A DNA stretch of 64,000 nt from Deltaproteobacteria bacterium (lineage in GTDB: Bacteria; Desulfobacterota; GWC2-55-46; JAJCZF01). Under the pieces are notes generated by a model that saw only the letters and a list, made by a program, of their open reading frames with translations, had not been told where the DNA came from and searched no databases. Position 1 is the first letter of the stretch, and each line of letters begins with the position of its first letter. Location: NCBI GenBank assembly GCA_029262535.1, contig JAJCZF010000074.1:78883-142882 (forward strand), given 5' to 3'. Below are positions 11,398 through 22,017 of this stretch, piece after piece. A program made the translations under genes and the position numbers.

Positions 11398-11760
11398 TTA
11401 TGCCCCTTGTACCGAGCCTATCTTTTCAATCGCGTCATATCTGAAATAATATACCTTTTCGGTATCGACAGGTTTTAGAGGACTATTTAAAAGATACCTT
11501 CGGACCGCGCCGAGGTGGCCGAAGTAATAAAAATATTCGTGATTCCATACCCAGCTTGCTAAAGCCGAAGAACTTCTCCACGCCGAAAATATAGGCGGGG
11601 GTAATGGAAAGACCTATAAGGCCCGCGACGGCAAGCTTAAGCGTTCTTCGGGGGCTGAATGGAGCTAATGAAGTAAAGAAGATTCCGAGCTCAAGCAGCC
11701 CGACTGACCGGAGTAGAGGCAGGAGCGCCATATAACGAATGTAACTACCGGGCTTGATAT
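11398..11760 (-). pseudogene. Possible frameshifted remnant of a membrane protein gene
   Basis: Hydrophobic fragment (RYMALLPLL...KLAVAGLIGLSITPAYIF) continues in another frame as WVWNHEYFYYFGHLGAVRRYLLNSPLKPVDTEKVYYFRYD. Confidence 0.3.
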
Positions 11761-12126
11761 TCGTTTGATTTTTTGTTCGAAATTTGCCTGCTAAAATCAA
11801 AACCTTGGAACAACTCCAACAATACTACTGTTTCAGTGCGATTTTATCATACTAGGGCGGGGTGAGGCACTTTAATTTATTTTACGGTCCATTCTGAGTT
11901 TTCCCTCAAGCAGGCCGACTAAAAGCCGATATATTAAGATGGAGCACGGGGCTAAATGTAACGAGAATAGCATTGCCGAGCCACCCTTTAGTCGCTTGAG
12001 AAAAGAATCTATTTGTCGTAAGATAGCGGATATGGAAGGTTGTTTGTTTCTTATTAATATATCGCGCGAGAAGATCTTTACCCAGTTCTCACAGTTCTCC
12101 CATGTTTCCCGGTTTCCCAAGGCGCT

Positions 12127-13392
12127 GTGAGTTTAAATTTGATTTCTGGACCGGAGTATATGTTGATAGATTTTAAGGAGCTTGATTCTTTTTCGGGTAA
12201 TTCCACCTCTCCTCTTCTCACCGAAGAGAGAGCCTGTCCTGTATGCGCCTCTACTAGCGCCAAGGCCTTATTCGCCCTTTCTAATTTCCAATTCTATAGC
12301 GACTGCGCGCAGCTACCGAAGCGAACCTATATAAAAGATTGCCAGTGCCTGCACTGTTACGCCATATACCTGAATCCTGCTTACTCTGATTACGGCCTTG
12401 AGGTACTTTTTAAAGAGGCCGGTATGAGTTACGGCTCCTCCGACGGCAGGGCCGATGAAGAGATCGGCTGGCTCTTTGAAAAGGGGCTTCTTAATAGCGG
12501 AACGACTGTAATGGATGTTGGTTGTTACGAGGGGGCCTTTCTTGCAAAGCTCCCGGACGGAGTCTTTGGCATAGGCATAGATATAGACGAGCCGGCCATT
12601 GAGCGTGGCAGGTCAAACTATGCCGGGCGTGATATAAGCTTTATTCACGGCGATTTTGAGAGCTTCGAGTGTGAAGAGAGACCGGGTGTGATCACCATGT
12701 TTCATGTGCTCGAACATCTCTCTCGTCCTGTGGAGGTGCTTAAGAAACTTCGCTCTCTGGCCGATAATAGAACCAGACTTCTTGTAGAGGTGCCGATACT
12801 TGAACTTGGCGCGACAAACGACATTAACGGCTTTTTTTCCGTGCAGCATATGACGCATTTTAGCAGGCAAAGCCTTGCAAATACCCTCGCGCGCGCCGGG
12901 TGGAAGATTATTGATAGATTCGAAGCGCCCGATTATAACGGTTGTAGAGTGCTTGCCGCGCCTGCGAGTGTAGAGGAAGATGTAAGTGGCGATCCGAACG
13001 ATCTTTTTTTGGTTTATAGCTATTTTTCAAAATGGTATGAGGAGCTCGGCAAGGTTGAAGAGCGCTTAATGCGTTATAAAGAGCTGGGGGAAAAGTTTAT
13101 TATTAGAGGCGGCGGGGCCCATACAGAGTTTCTCTACCATATGACCTCTATTCTTCATTCGCGTAAGAGGAGTTATGCCATTGTAGATAACGACCCTATG
13201 AAGAGCGGAACAACGTGGCGCGGTATTACTATTTACAACTCCGAGGCGCTTTCTGACGTGGATTGGTCAGATACCTATATGATAATATCCTCTTATGGTT
13301 CGCAGGAGAAGATCTATGAGCAGGCAGTGTCTGACCACGCTGTGCCAAAGGATAGAATAATCAGACTTTACGATAGCTTGAGGGTTTATTAG
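12127..13392 (+). CDS. Class I SAM-dependent methyltransferase with N-terminal Zn motif (NDP-sugar C-methyltransferase-like layout)
   Basis: CPVC...CLHC, MDVGCYEG, FHVLEH, EVP and a C-terminal Rossmann-like GGGAH...VDND domain. Start may be ATG 12160. Confidence 0.8.
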   Translation: MSLNLISGPEYMLIDFKELDSFSGNSTSPLLTEERACPVCASTSAKALFALSNFQFYSDCAQLPKRTYIKDCQCLHCYAIYLNPAYSDYGLEVLFKEAGMSYGSSDGRADEEIGWLFEKGLLNSGTTVMDVGCYEGAFLAKLPDGVFGIGIDIDEPAIERGRSNYAGRDISFIHGDFESFECEERPGVITMFHVLEHLSRPVEVLKKLRSLADNRTRLLVEVPILELGATNDINGFFSVQHMTHFSRQSLANTLARAGWKIIDRFEAPDYNGCRVLAAPASVEEDVSGDPNDLFLVYSYFSKWYEELGKVEERLMRYKELGEKFIIRGGGAHTEFLYHMTSILHSRKRSYAIVDNDPMKSGTTWRGITIYNSEALSDVDWSDTYMIISSYGSQEKIYEQAVSDHAVPKDRIIRLYDSLRVY

Positions 13393-13393
13393 A

Positions 13394-14527
13394 GTGACGA
13401 TAAAGAATATTATTTGCGATACCGTAAAAGAGGCCCTGACCTTAGAGGACCTTCTTTTACGAGAAGAGCGCTTCATTATCTTCGGCGCAGGCGGGGCGGG
13501 GCGCGACGCGCGCGCCTATCTTGAGAGAAAAGGCAAAGAGGTACTCTATCTCTCGGATAATGACGAGGCCAAACACGGCACCGTCGTTGACGGTCTTAAG
13601 GTTTTAGGTCCGAAAGAAATCTCTTCTCACGGACTGCATGTAATCATAGCGAGTTACTGGGCAAGAGAGATCGCGCTCCAGCTTAGAGAGCTCGGTATAA
13701 CCGGCTATTCCGACTTAAGCTCCGTCTCAAACGAATCGCTACCAATCGAGAGATGGGCAGGCCATTTTGACGCTGCTTTTATAGAAGAGAATCTGGAAGT
13801 TATAGAAGAGACTTATAATTGGCTTGCCGACGAGAGTTCTAAAGAGACCTTTCTTTCCTTGCTATCTTACCGCCTGACACTCGATCCGGCCCGCCTGTCG
13901 GTTGCGCCTTTTGGCGAGTATCTTCACCCCTTGGTTCGTGCCGAGGCGGGTGAGGTTATTATAGACGGCGGCGCATGGACCGGCGACACGGCCCTTGAGA
14001 CGGCCGTCGCGCTTAAGGGGAAGTGCCGCATATTCTCATTCGAGCCGGAAGATGGTAATTACGAGAGACTTCAAGCGAATATAAATGAGAGTTCTTTTGC
14101 TGATATCGTCACTCCCATAAAACGCGGCCTTTGGCATTCTGAAGAGACCTTATACCTTGGTTCCAATGCCGACAATAGTAAGCAGTTTAGCGTGGATAGT
14201 TCTGTAAATCCTTCCTGTGACGAGGGCTTGCGCATAGAGGTTACATCTATTGATAGTTTTTCCGCGGAGCGTTCTATCGAACCGACGCTTATAAAGATGG
14301 ATATCGAGGGCTCCGAGTGCGAAGCGCTTAACGGAGCGCGAGAGGTCATAAGGCGCAACAGGCCGAAACTTCAGATATCGATATACCATAAGCCGGGCGA
14401 CCTCTGGTTAATCCCGGCTCTTATAAGAGAGATATTGCCCGGTTATAGATTTTATCTATCGCATCATAGCCAGAACCTATTCGAGTCTACCCTTTACGCC
14501 CTGCCGGAAAGGCTGGAGAAGAAGTAA
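13394..14527 (+). CDS. FkbM family methyltransferase
   Basis: IDGGAWTGD, FEPE, KMDIEGSE, PKLQISIYH; N-terminal IFGAGGAG domain. Confidence 0.88.
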   Translation: MTIKNIICDTVKEALTLEDLLLREERFIIFGAGGAGRDARAYLERKGKEVLYLSDNDEAKHGTVVDGLKVLGPKEISSHGLHVIIASYWAREIALQLRELGITGYSDLSSVSNESLPIERWAGHFDAAFIEENLEVIEETYNWLADESSKETFLSLLSYRLTLDPARLSVAPFGEYLHPLVRAEAGEVIIDGGAWTGDTALETAVALKGKCRIFSFEPEDGNYERLQANINESSFADIVTPIKRGLWHSEETLYLGSNADNSKQFSVDSSVNPSCDEGLRIEVTSIDSFSAERSIEPTLIKMDIEGSECEALNGAREVIRRNRPKLQISIYHKPGDLWLIPALIREILPGYRFYLSHHSQNLFESTLYALPERLEKK

Positions 14528-14528
14528 T

Positions 14529-15374
14529 ATGGACGATAAACTTTTTACGGAACTTAAAGGCCACGCCGCGACACTCAGGGCGCATATAATACGCATGAAC
14601 TGCTTTGCCGGCTCGGGCCATCCGGGCGGGGCCTTATCCGCGGTCGAGCTTATGGCCTACCTCTTTAATGTCGAGATTAACTTCTCCCCTGAAAATGCGC
14701 TCTCGCCGGATAGAGACCGCTTTGTTCTCTCCAAGGGCCATGCCTGTATGGTGCTCTATGCGGCCCTTGCGGAGAAGGGTTTTTTCTCCACCGAAGAGTT
14801 TCGCGGTTTGAGGCATATAAATTCCATGCTTCAGGGCCATCCCGACAGGCTAAAGACTCCGGGGGTTGAATTTAATTCCGGCTCCCTGTCGCAAGGTTTC
14901 TCTTTTGCCGTAGGTTGCGCTCTCGGCGCGAAACTTACTGGCAGGGATTATCGTGTATATAGCCTGCTCGGTGACGGAGAGATGAACGAGGGGCAGGTAT
15001 GGGAGGCGCTCATGTTCGGGGCCCACAGGAAGCTCGATAATATAGTCGCCATTATCGATTATAATAAGCTACAGAGCGACGATAGCTGTGAAAATATCAC
15101 ATCTCTTGAGCCGCTTTCGGATAAACTCGTCGCGTTCGGCTGGCATGTGATAGATATAAACGGCCACGACCTTAATGAGATAGAATCGGCCTTTGCGGAG
15201 GCGCGCGGGACAAAGCACAAACCCACTGTGATAATCGCCAATACCGTCAAGGGTAAGGGAGTATCCTTTATGGAAGGCAACCCGAAGTGGCACGGCAGCC
15301 TCGCTCCCGCTGGTGAAGAGAGGCGTATAGCCTTTAGCGAGTGCGGGCTAGTCGAAGAAGGTGAGGGAGACTAA
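14529..15374 (+). CDS. Transketolase, N-terminal (TPP-binding) subunit
   Basis: SGHPGG, LSKGHA, LQGHP, GDGEMNEG, KGKG. Confidence 0.92.
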   Translation: MDDKLFTELKGHAATLRAHIIRMNCFAGSGHPGGALSAVELMAYLFNVEINFSPENALSPDRDRFVLSKGHACMVLYAALAEKGFFSTEEFRGLRHINSMLQGHPDRLKTPGVEFNSGSLSQGFSFAVGCALGAKLTGRDYRVYSLLGDGEMNEGQVWEALMFGAHRKLDNIVAIIDYNKLQSDDSCENITSLEPLSDKLVAFGWHVIDINGHDLNEIESAFAEARGTKHKPTVIIANTVKGKGVSFMEGNPKWHGSLAPAGEERRIAFSECGLVEEGEGD

Positions 15375-16309
15375 TGGCCAATATGAGAGCCGCATTCGGA
15401 GAGGCCCTGGTCGAACTCGGCAAGAAGCGCGACGACTTTGTCGTATTGGACGCCGATGTCGCCGGGGGCACCGGGACCGCCCCGTTTAGAGAGGCCTTTC
15501 CGGATAGATTTATCCAGTGCGCCATAGCAGAGCAGAATATGGTCAGCATGGCAGCCGGACTTTCGACTGCGGGAGTCATACCGATTGTCACCTGTTACGG
15601 GGTCTTTGCCTCAATGCGCGCTATAGAGCAGGCGCGAAACTCGGTGGCATACCCGAACTTTAACGTAAAGATAATCGCCAGCCACCTTGGCGTGGATGTC
15701 GGCCCCGACGGACCCACCCACCAGGCCCTTGAAGATCTAGCCATATATCGCTCCATACCCAACTTTAAGGTCGTAAGCCCGGCGGATCCGTTTGAGCTCA
15801 GGGCGGCTCTCCCGGTTATCCTTGATACGCCGGGGCCCCTCTATATGCGTACCGGCAGGAGCGATCTGCCTGCGATATTCGATAAAGATATAAACTTTAC
15901 ATTAGGCAAGGCATCTATAGTAAGAGAGGGAACGGATGTAACGATCATAGCCGTTGGGGTGATGGTCGCGCGAGCCCTTAAGGCCGCCGAGGGACTTGAG
16001 GGCGAGGGGGTCTCGTGCCGTGTCGTTAATATGAGCACTATTAAACCGATTGATAGAGATATTATAGAAGAGTCCGCAAGGCGAACCGGGGCCATAGTCA
16101 CTGCCGAAGACCATAATATAATCGGCGGACTTGGCGGAGCCGTGGCCGAGGTTATATGCGACAGCGTGCCGGTGCCGGTAGTGCGCGTAGGTATTAAAGA
16201 TAGCTTTGCCGAGTCCGGAGATCCCGCCGAGTTAGCCGCTAAATACGGTGTGGACGCGAGCGCGGTAAGAGAGGCCGTCTTACGGGTACTTCGGCGGGCC
16301 GGTCGTTAG
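15374..16309 (+). CDS. Transketolase, C-terminal subunit
   Basis: IAEQN, DGPTHQ, EDHNIIGGLG; translationally coupled to the N-terminal subunit. Confidence 0.92.
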   Translation: MANMRAAFGEALVELGKKRDDFVVLDADVAGGTGTAPFREAFPDRFIQCAIAEQNMVSMAAGLSTAGVIPIVTCYGVFASMRAIEQARNSVAYPNFNVKIIASHLGVDVGPDGPTHQALEDLAIYRSIPNFKVVSPADPFELRAALPVILDTPGPLYMRTGRSDLPAIFDKDINFTLGKASIVREGTDVTIIAVGVMVARALKAAEGLEGEGVSCRVVNMSTIKPIDRDIIEESARRTGAIVTAEDHNIIGGLGGAVAEVICDSVPVPVVRVGIKDSFAESGDPAELAAKYGVDASAVREAVLRVLRRAGR

Positions 16310-16339
16310 TGAGTTTTATCTATAGAGGGAGTTAAGAGT

Positions 16340-17092
16340 ATGTCTGAATCAAGAGCATTGGTAGCGCTCGTTACCGGAGGCGGGCGCGGCATAGGCGCCG
16401 CTATCTCAAAGCGGCTCGCCGCCGACGGTATCCCGGTAGCGCTCTCATATAACGAAGACGCCTCCGCGGCGGAAGATACGAAGTCCTCTATAATAGCCGC
16501 CGGGGGCAGGGCCATGGCCCTTAAGCTTTCGGTTGAGGACCGTAGTTCCATAGAGGCGGCCTTAGCTGATATTGCAGACCGCTTCGGCCCTGTTTCGGTT
16601 CTTGTTAATAACGCGGCCATTGCCCAGGAAAAGCCCTTTGATACCATTACCGATGCGGACTGGGACCGTATGCTTGCCGTCAACCTGCGCGGTCCTTTTG
16701 CGCTTACTCAGGAGCTCTTGCCTGCCATGCTTGAGGCCAGTTTCGGCAGGGTCATTAATATTACTTCCATCGGCGGTCAGTGGGGCGGCTTTAATCAAGT
16801 CCACTACGCGGCCAGTAAAGCGGCGCTTATTAATCTCACTCGTTCTATCGCCAAGATTTACGGCAAAGACGGAATTAACTGTAATGCCGTCTCTCCTGGG
16901 CTCGTTGGAACGGAGATGAGCGCCGCCGAGCTTAGTTCAGAGGCGGGAAGAGAGAAGGTCCGTAATATCCCGGTCGGAAGGATCGCTACCGCAGGTGAAG
17001 TGGCTTCGGTGGTGAGTTTCCTGGCGTCTGAGGATTCGAGTTACGTAACCGGGCAGACTATCAATGTCAACGGGGGAATCTATTTTGACTGA
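16340..17092 (+). CDS. SDR family oxidoreductase (FabG-like)
   Basis: TGGGRGIG, NNAA, YAASK, VNGG. Confidence 0.9.
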   Translation: MSESRALVALVTGGGRGIGAAISKRLAADGIPVALSYNEDASAAEDTKSSIIAAGGRAMALKLSVEDRSSIEAALADIADRFGPVSVLVNNAAIAQEKPFDTITDADWDRMLAVNLRGPFALTQELLPAMLEASFGRVINITSIGGQWGGFNQVHYAASKAALINLTRSIAKIYGKDGINCNAVSPGLVGTEMSAAELSSEAGREKVRNIPVGRIATAGEVASVVSFLASEDSSYVTGQTINVNGGIYFD

Positions 17093-18308
17093 CGCGCTCG
17101 TTATAGTGGGCGCGGGAATTGAACAGATAAAGGCCTACGAGCTTGCATCGAAGATGGGTTTTTTTGTAATAGGCACAGATATTAATCCCGAGGCTCCTGC
17201 CTTTGACAATGCCGACGATAAGGTAATCGCCTCTACCAGAGACCCTGACGCCACGCTCTCGGCTCTTAAGAAATACTTCTCTCTCAACTCTTCTTTGAAC
17301 TTTTCCGGTATTATGACCATCGCAAACGACGTGCCGCTAACGGTTGCGACCGTTAGCAACGAGTTCGGCCTTCCGGGTATTTCGGTCGATTCCGCCCTTA
17401 TCGCATCCGATAAAGTCCTCATGAAAAATGTCTTTAAGTCCAATGGTGTAAAGATACCTCTCTTTAGAGAGATCGGGTCTTCGGAAGAGATAGCTATCGC
17501 CATGAATGAATGGTCCGGCCCCATCGTAATAAAACCGGTAGACGGGAGGGGGGCTCGCGGTGTGCTGCTCCTGACCGAAGATACGGACTTTGAGTGGGCC
17601 TACAGAGAGAGCATGAGTTTTTCTACGGTTAAAAGGGTTATGCTTGAGGCCTTTATCGACGGACCGCAGATTAGCACGGAGTCGTTTCTCATAGACGGCA
17701 GCTCCATTACCCCGGCATTTTCCGATAGAAACTATGAAGACTTTCTTTCTTACGCCCCTTATATTATTGAAGACGGCGGTACCTTGCCGGCGCTCTTAAG
17801 CGACGAAGAACGCCGCCTTATCAATAAACTTGTAGAAGATGGCTCAGCCGCCATGGGCATAACCGACGGCATTGTTAAGGGCGATATAGTAATGGGTGAA
17901 GATGGGCCGGTAATCATAGAGCTAGCCGCGAGGCTTAGCGGCGGCTACTTTGCAAGCGACCAGATCCCTCTCTCGACCGGCGTGGACCTTGTTAAAGAGT
18001 CGATCCGTTTTGCCACCGGCTCGAAGGTTGATATAAATGACCTGGCGGTTAAGCGGACGCGCGGCGTTGCGATAAGATATTTTTTTCCTCCCGAAGGGCT
18101 TGTGCGTGAGATTCATGGGGCCGAAGGGCTTGGTGATATGGCCGGGGTCGTAAAGAGTGAGATCTTTATAAAACCGGGTGATATTCAACAAAAGGTAAAG
18201 GCGCATCCGGAGAGGGCCGGTTTCGTAATCGCTGTGGCCGAGAGTAGAAGCGACGCCGTTAAGATGGTAGAGGCGGCAATAGATAGTGTTGAATTTATAA
18301 TTGATTGA
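17064..18308 (+). CDS. ATP-grasp domain protein
   Basis: DKVLMK, VIKPVDGRGARG, EAFIDGPQIS, IELAARLSGG. True start may lie slightly downstream. Confidence 0.85.
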   Translation: MSTGESILTDALVIVGAGIEQIKAYELASKMGFFVIGTDINPEAPAFDNADDKVIASTRDPDATLSALKKYFSLNSSLNFSGIMTIANDVPLTVATVSNEFGLPGISVDSALIASDKVLMKNVFKSNGVKIPLFREIGSSEEIAIAMNEWSGPIVIKPVDGRGARGVLLLTEDTDFEWAYRESMSFSTVKRVMLEAFIDGPQISTESFLIDGSSITPAFSDRNYEDFLSYAPYIIEDGGTLPALLSDEERRLINKLVEDGSAAMGITDGIVKGDIVMGEDGPVIIELAARLSGGYFASDQIPLSTGVDLVKESIRFATGSKVDINDLAVKRTRGVAIRYFFPPEGLVREIHGAEGLGDMAGVVKSEIFIKPGDIQQKVKAHPERAGFVIAVAESRSDAVKMVEAAIDSVEFIID

Positions 18309-19342
18309 TCTCTCATATCGGTTATCAAAAGAAAGAAGGTAGAGTGCATTCGATTGTATTTGATATAGGCGGCACTCATCTCAGGAGCGCCGTTTCCGAC
18401 GGAGAAGCGAAGCTTGACAAGGTGGAGAAGGAGCGGATACCCTCCTTTATCGAGGGGCTCTCTTCGGGCGAGGTTTGGCAGGGGCTGATAGAAAAACTTA
18501 CGACTTATGCGTTAAAGGTAGAGGACGAGGTAGAAAAAGGCGCGCCAATAGTTCTTTCATTTCCAGGTCCTGTCGAGCACCCGTCAAGAATATTGAGCGC
18601 TCCAACATTGGTTGGCAACGAGAGGTCGATGCCCGATCTCGCCGCGCTGATTACGCGGGCTACCGGGCGTCGAACATATATTATAAACGACCTTTCCGCC
18701 GCCGCATGGTACTTGCAAAGGAATATTTCAGACGACAGATTCATAGTCGTTACGGTCAGTAGCGGCATCGGCAGCAAGATATTCGACAGGACCCGTCTCT
18801 CAGGCGTTCTCGATAACCTGCCCTTTGCCGGAGAGATCGGCCACATAACGATGGAGAGTGCAGATGGCGACGTCCGGTGCGATTGCGGCGGCATGAATCA
18901 CATCGGCGCTATCTCATCGGGGCGCGGAGTAGAGCGCCTTGCAAGGAGCATGGCCATTAGCCATCCGGAATGTTTTCGGGCCTCCGTTATTGCAAGGCAG
19001 TTCAAGGCCGCAGCCGAAGAGCTTACGAACGAAGCCCACATAGTGCCTGCGGCGCGGCTCGGAGACCCGTGGGCGCTGGACATTATTGCACGCGCTACCG
19101 CTCCGCTTGCCCGAGCGCTCCTGGCCGTAACTGTCGCTTCCGGCCTTGAGAGGGTCGTTGTGATCGGCGGCTTCGCCCTCTCGCTTGGAGACATATACTT
19201 AAAAGCGCTCAAAAATGAAATGCTAAAAATAAGTGATTATGATATGATATCCGACAGGATAGAGGGTCTCCTTGTCATGGGAAAGGCCGGCGAGGAGGCC
19301 TGTCTTGAGGGCGCGGCTCTCTATGCGCTCTCCATTAGATAG
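18305..19342 (+). CDS. ROK family kinase, possibly C7-cyclitol-kinase-like
   Basis: DIGGT, NDLSAAAW, TVSSGIG, GEIGH, CDCGG. Start may be GTG 18344. Confidence 0.8.
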   Translation: MISHIGYQKKEGRVHSIVFDIGGTHLRSAVSDGEAKLDKVEKERIPSFIEGLSSGEVWQGLIEKLTTYALKVEDEVEKGAPIVLSFPGPVEHPSRILSAPTLVGNERSMPDLAALITRATGRRTYIINDLSAAAWYLQRNISDDRFIVVTVSSGIGSKIFDRTRLSGVLDNLPFAGEIGHITMESADGDVRCDCGGMNHIGAISSGRGVERLARSMAISHPECFRASVIARQFKAAAEELTNEAHIVPAARLGDPWALDIIARATAPLARALLAVTVASGLERVVVIGGFALSLGDIYLKALKNEMLKISDYDMISDRIEGLLVMGKAGEEACLEGAALYALSIR

Positions 19343-19441
19343 CCTGCCAGGTAATCTGCCAGATAATCAGATAGATAGTCTGGCAGGGGCAGCCCGAAGT
19401 TCCCTCACAAAATAACCTACACCTCGTAATTACTCTGAAAA

Positions 19442-20581
19442 ATGTTATTGATAATCATTGTCATCTTAGCCGTAATACTGACCTCTTACTCTATACACGA
19501 TATTTACTATCTGCGCGTCAAAGGGCGCGGGAGCTCGCAAGGCGGTTCTATCCCCCGGCCCAGCCCCAGCTCCGGCGACTGGCCGCGCATTACTTGCGTC
19601 ATTCCGGCTGCCAATGAAGAAAAGACGATCGGGCCGAAGGTCTCTAATCTAAAGAAGGCCTATCCGCCGGATAAGATGGAGATCATGGTCGTTCTTAATA
19701 ACTCTACCGACTCGACTGCCGAGATATGCCGTGAGCTTGACGTTACACTTATAGAGAGCGCACCGGGCAAACAGATGGCTCTGGAGGCGGCTCGCCTCAA
19801 GGCAACGACAGATTATATCCTTGTAACCGACGCGGATGTTAAGCTTGAGACAGATACGGTAAAGAAGCTTGTCGCCGACCTTCAGGACGCGCCGGACGAC
19901 GTTATAGTCGTTTCCGGCTATTGCGAATATTCCTTTAACCGTAAGAGCCGTACCGGCAAGAAGATGAACGAGCATGAACATAAACAGGCCTACCTCTGCG
20001 AGCTTCAGGGGGTCGATGCAAGCTCGGCAATTATTCAGGGACCGTGTTATGTATATAAGAGAGAACTCTTTCCATCTTACCCTACAGGTGCTATGGAGGA
20101 CGAGCTCTCGGTTGCAATCGAGATTGCGGCCTCGGGTTATAGGGCGAGGACCAATGCCGGGGCCCGCTGCTTTCAGTATGTCGATACCGAACCCTTAAGG
20201 CTAATATCGATGTTGACGCGTCACGCGGGGCGTCAGGTGCATAGCTGCCTAAAGCAGTTCGGCGTGATCTTTAACCGGCGCGCAGGCGCTTATAGCCGTT
20301 TTATATTTCCTTTTTATATATTCATACCGAGGTGCCTGCCCATTGTAACGCTCTTTGTCCTGTCGATACCGTTTCTTGTGGATTTAAATATTGGCTACTT
20401 CTTTCCTTGCTGTATAGCCGCCTTTATCTTTATAGCCGCTCTAAACCCGTTTGTCGCCATGCAGATTATCGCCATACATCTGGGCTGGCTCTATCTTATT
20501 ACCCACAGGAAGCATGCCTCGACGTGGCACAATGACAACCGGGCGAGGATAAAATTTTCGGGAGAGAGCCAGGGTAGCTAA
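19442..20581 (+). CDS. Glycosyltransferase family 2, membrane-bound
   Basis: IPAANEE, TDAD, MED and N-/C-terminal TM helices. Confidence 0.85.
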   Translation: MLLIIIVILAVILTSYSIHDIYYLRVKGRGSSQGGSIPRPSPSSGDWPRITCVIPAANEEKTIGPKVSNLKKAYPPDKMEIMVVLNNSTDSTAEICRELDVTLIESAPGKQMALEAARLKATTDYILVTDADVKLETDTVKKLVADLQDAPDDVIVVSGYCEYSFNRKSRTGKKMNEHEHKQAYLCELQGVDASSAIIQGPCYVYKRELFPSYPTGAMEDELSVAIEIAASGYRARTNAGARCFQYVDTEPLRLISMLTRHAGRQVHSCLKQFGVIFNRRAGAYSRFIFPFYIFIPRCLPIVTLFVLSIPFLVDLNIGYFFPCCIAAFIFIAALNPFVAMQIIAIHLGWLYLITHRKHASTWHNDNRARIKFSGESQGS

Positions 20582-20598
20582 TCTGGCGTTATGATAAT

Positions 20599-21702
20599 AT
20601 GTCCTTACCCAAGACACTTTTGTTAAATAGTCTGCGTCTGAACGCGGTTCCCTTTAGCCTTATCCACTTCGTTACGGACAGGTGTAACCTGAGGTGCGGC
20701 CATTGCTTTATCTATGGCGACTTCGAGGGGCAGGGCGAGGACCTTCGCTATCCGGGCGAAAATACCCTTACCATCGAAGAGATCGAATCTCTAACAAAGA
20801 GCCTCCGGGGGGAGCTTGGCGTGATCTCGCTTACCGGAGGCGAACCATTCTTGCGTGACGACCTTATAGATATCGCCAAGCTATATGCGATAAACGCCGG
20901 GGCGCGAATCGTGGAGGTCTCGACCAACGGCTGGTACGGGGATAAGCTTGTCGAGTTTATTACGGCCTTCCTTCCGGCTACTAAATCGGAACTCTTTATA
21001 TCCTTATCTTTCGACGGGCTTAAATCTACCCATGATAAGTTACGTGGAAAAGAAGGCGCGTTCGACCGTGCAGCCGAAACGGCAAGGACCGTGCTTGCCA
21101 TGAAGGAGGCCAGGGTTCAAGTAAGCGCAACCATTACCGTGACCGATCAATCGACCGAGGAGATGGAAGAGCTATTTCACTTTCTTATAGACGAAGTCAA
21201 GATCGACGCCGTTACCACCTCGGCCGTAAGGGGCGAACCCAGGTCAGACGGAAGTATGGCCTTTAATATGGAGAGCTATAAGCTCTTGAATCGTCTTATC
21301 GAAGAACATATGCTCGGCGGCTCCATAACGCCATTTAGCAACTACGTGGGCCGCGACCTTATAAATGCCAGGGGGGTGCTCGCCAGAAGAAGGGTTGAGG
21401 AGACGCTTGAGAAGAATAAGTATATCGCCCCGTGTACCGCAGGGCGCTCTCTTGCGATAGTCTACTCCGACGGCGCGGTCTATCCCTGTGAGATTCTTGA
21501 CGAGAAGATGGGAGAGCTAAGAAAGTTCGGTATGGATCTTCCCGCGCTCTTAAAGTCGAAAGAGGCGCGCTCGGTCGTCAAGGGCATACACGACAAGAAA
21601 TGCTTTTGCAGCTTCGAGTGCGCCTGGACATATAATACGATATTCGAGATGAAGAACTGGAAGGATCTCTTCAAGGAGTACCTGAAGTTAAAGGGGAGAT
21701 AG
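20599..21702 (+). CDS. Radical SAM protein with SPASM/twitch domain
   Basis: CNLRCGHC, TGGEP, CTAG...YPC...CFCSFEC. Confidence 0.9.
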   Translation: MSLPKTLLLNSLRLNAVPFSLIHFVTDRCNLRCGHCFIYGDFEGQGEDLRYPGENTLTIEEIESLTKSLRGELGVISLTGGEPFLRDDLIDIAKLYAINAGARIVEVSTNGWYGDKLVEFITAFLPATKSELFISLSFDGLKSTHDKLRGKEGAFDRAAETARTVLAMKEARVQVSATITVTDQSTEEMEELFHFLIDEVKIDAVTTSAVRGEPRSDGSMAFNMESYKLLNRLIEEHMLGGSITPFSNYVGRDLINARGVLARRRVEETLEKNKYIAPCTAGRSLAIVYSDGAVYPCEILDEKMGELRKFGMDLPALLKSKEARSVVKGIHDKKCFCSFECAWTYNTIFEMKNWKDLFKEYLKLKGR

Positions 21703-22017
21703 AGGGAAGAGGAAGGGGGGCGACACTTAAAGGGAGCGCCTGCTACCGCACTTAAGGTTTTTGCGTAGGCGCTCGATATCCAGCCGCAAAAGAGACCGTG
21801 ACCACCGCTTGCTCTCTTCCCGGTTTCGTTAAGGCATGACGGAGATTAAACGATTGACTGTGGAATGGAAATAGGATTATATGAGGTTATCTATCGCTAT
21901 GCCGTTTTAAAAAAGACGATACGGGCGAGAAAGTTTTAGACTAAGGGAGGGCTTCTGTCTGCAACTCACTTGAAGAGTTTTTGCAGCCCCTTACTGCGAC
22001 AAAGAGGTCTCTATACG

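Noticed and set aside
11872..12130. Short ORFs between the divergent glycan genes
   Set aside because: Overlapping candidates on both strands with no motif or clear RBS support.
12127..19342. Mycosporine or aminocyclitol antibiotic cluster
   Set aside because: No sugar-phosphate cyclase or aminotransferase is present in the window.
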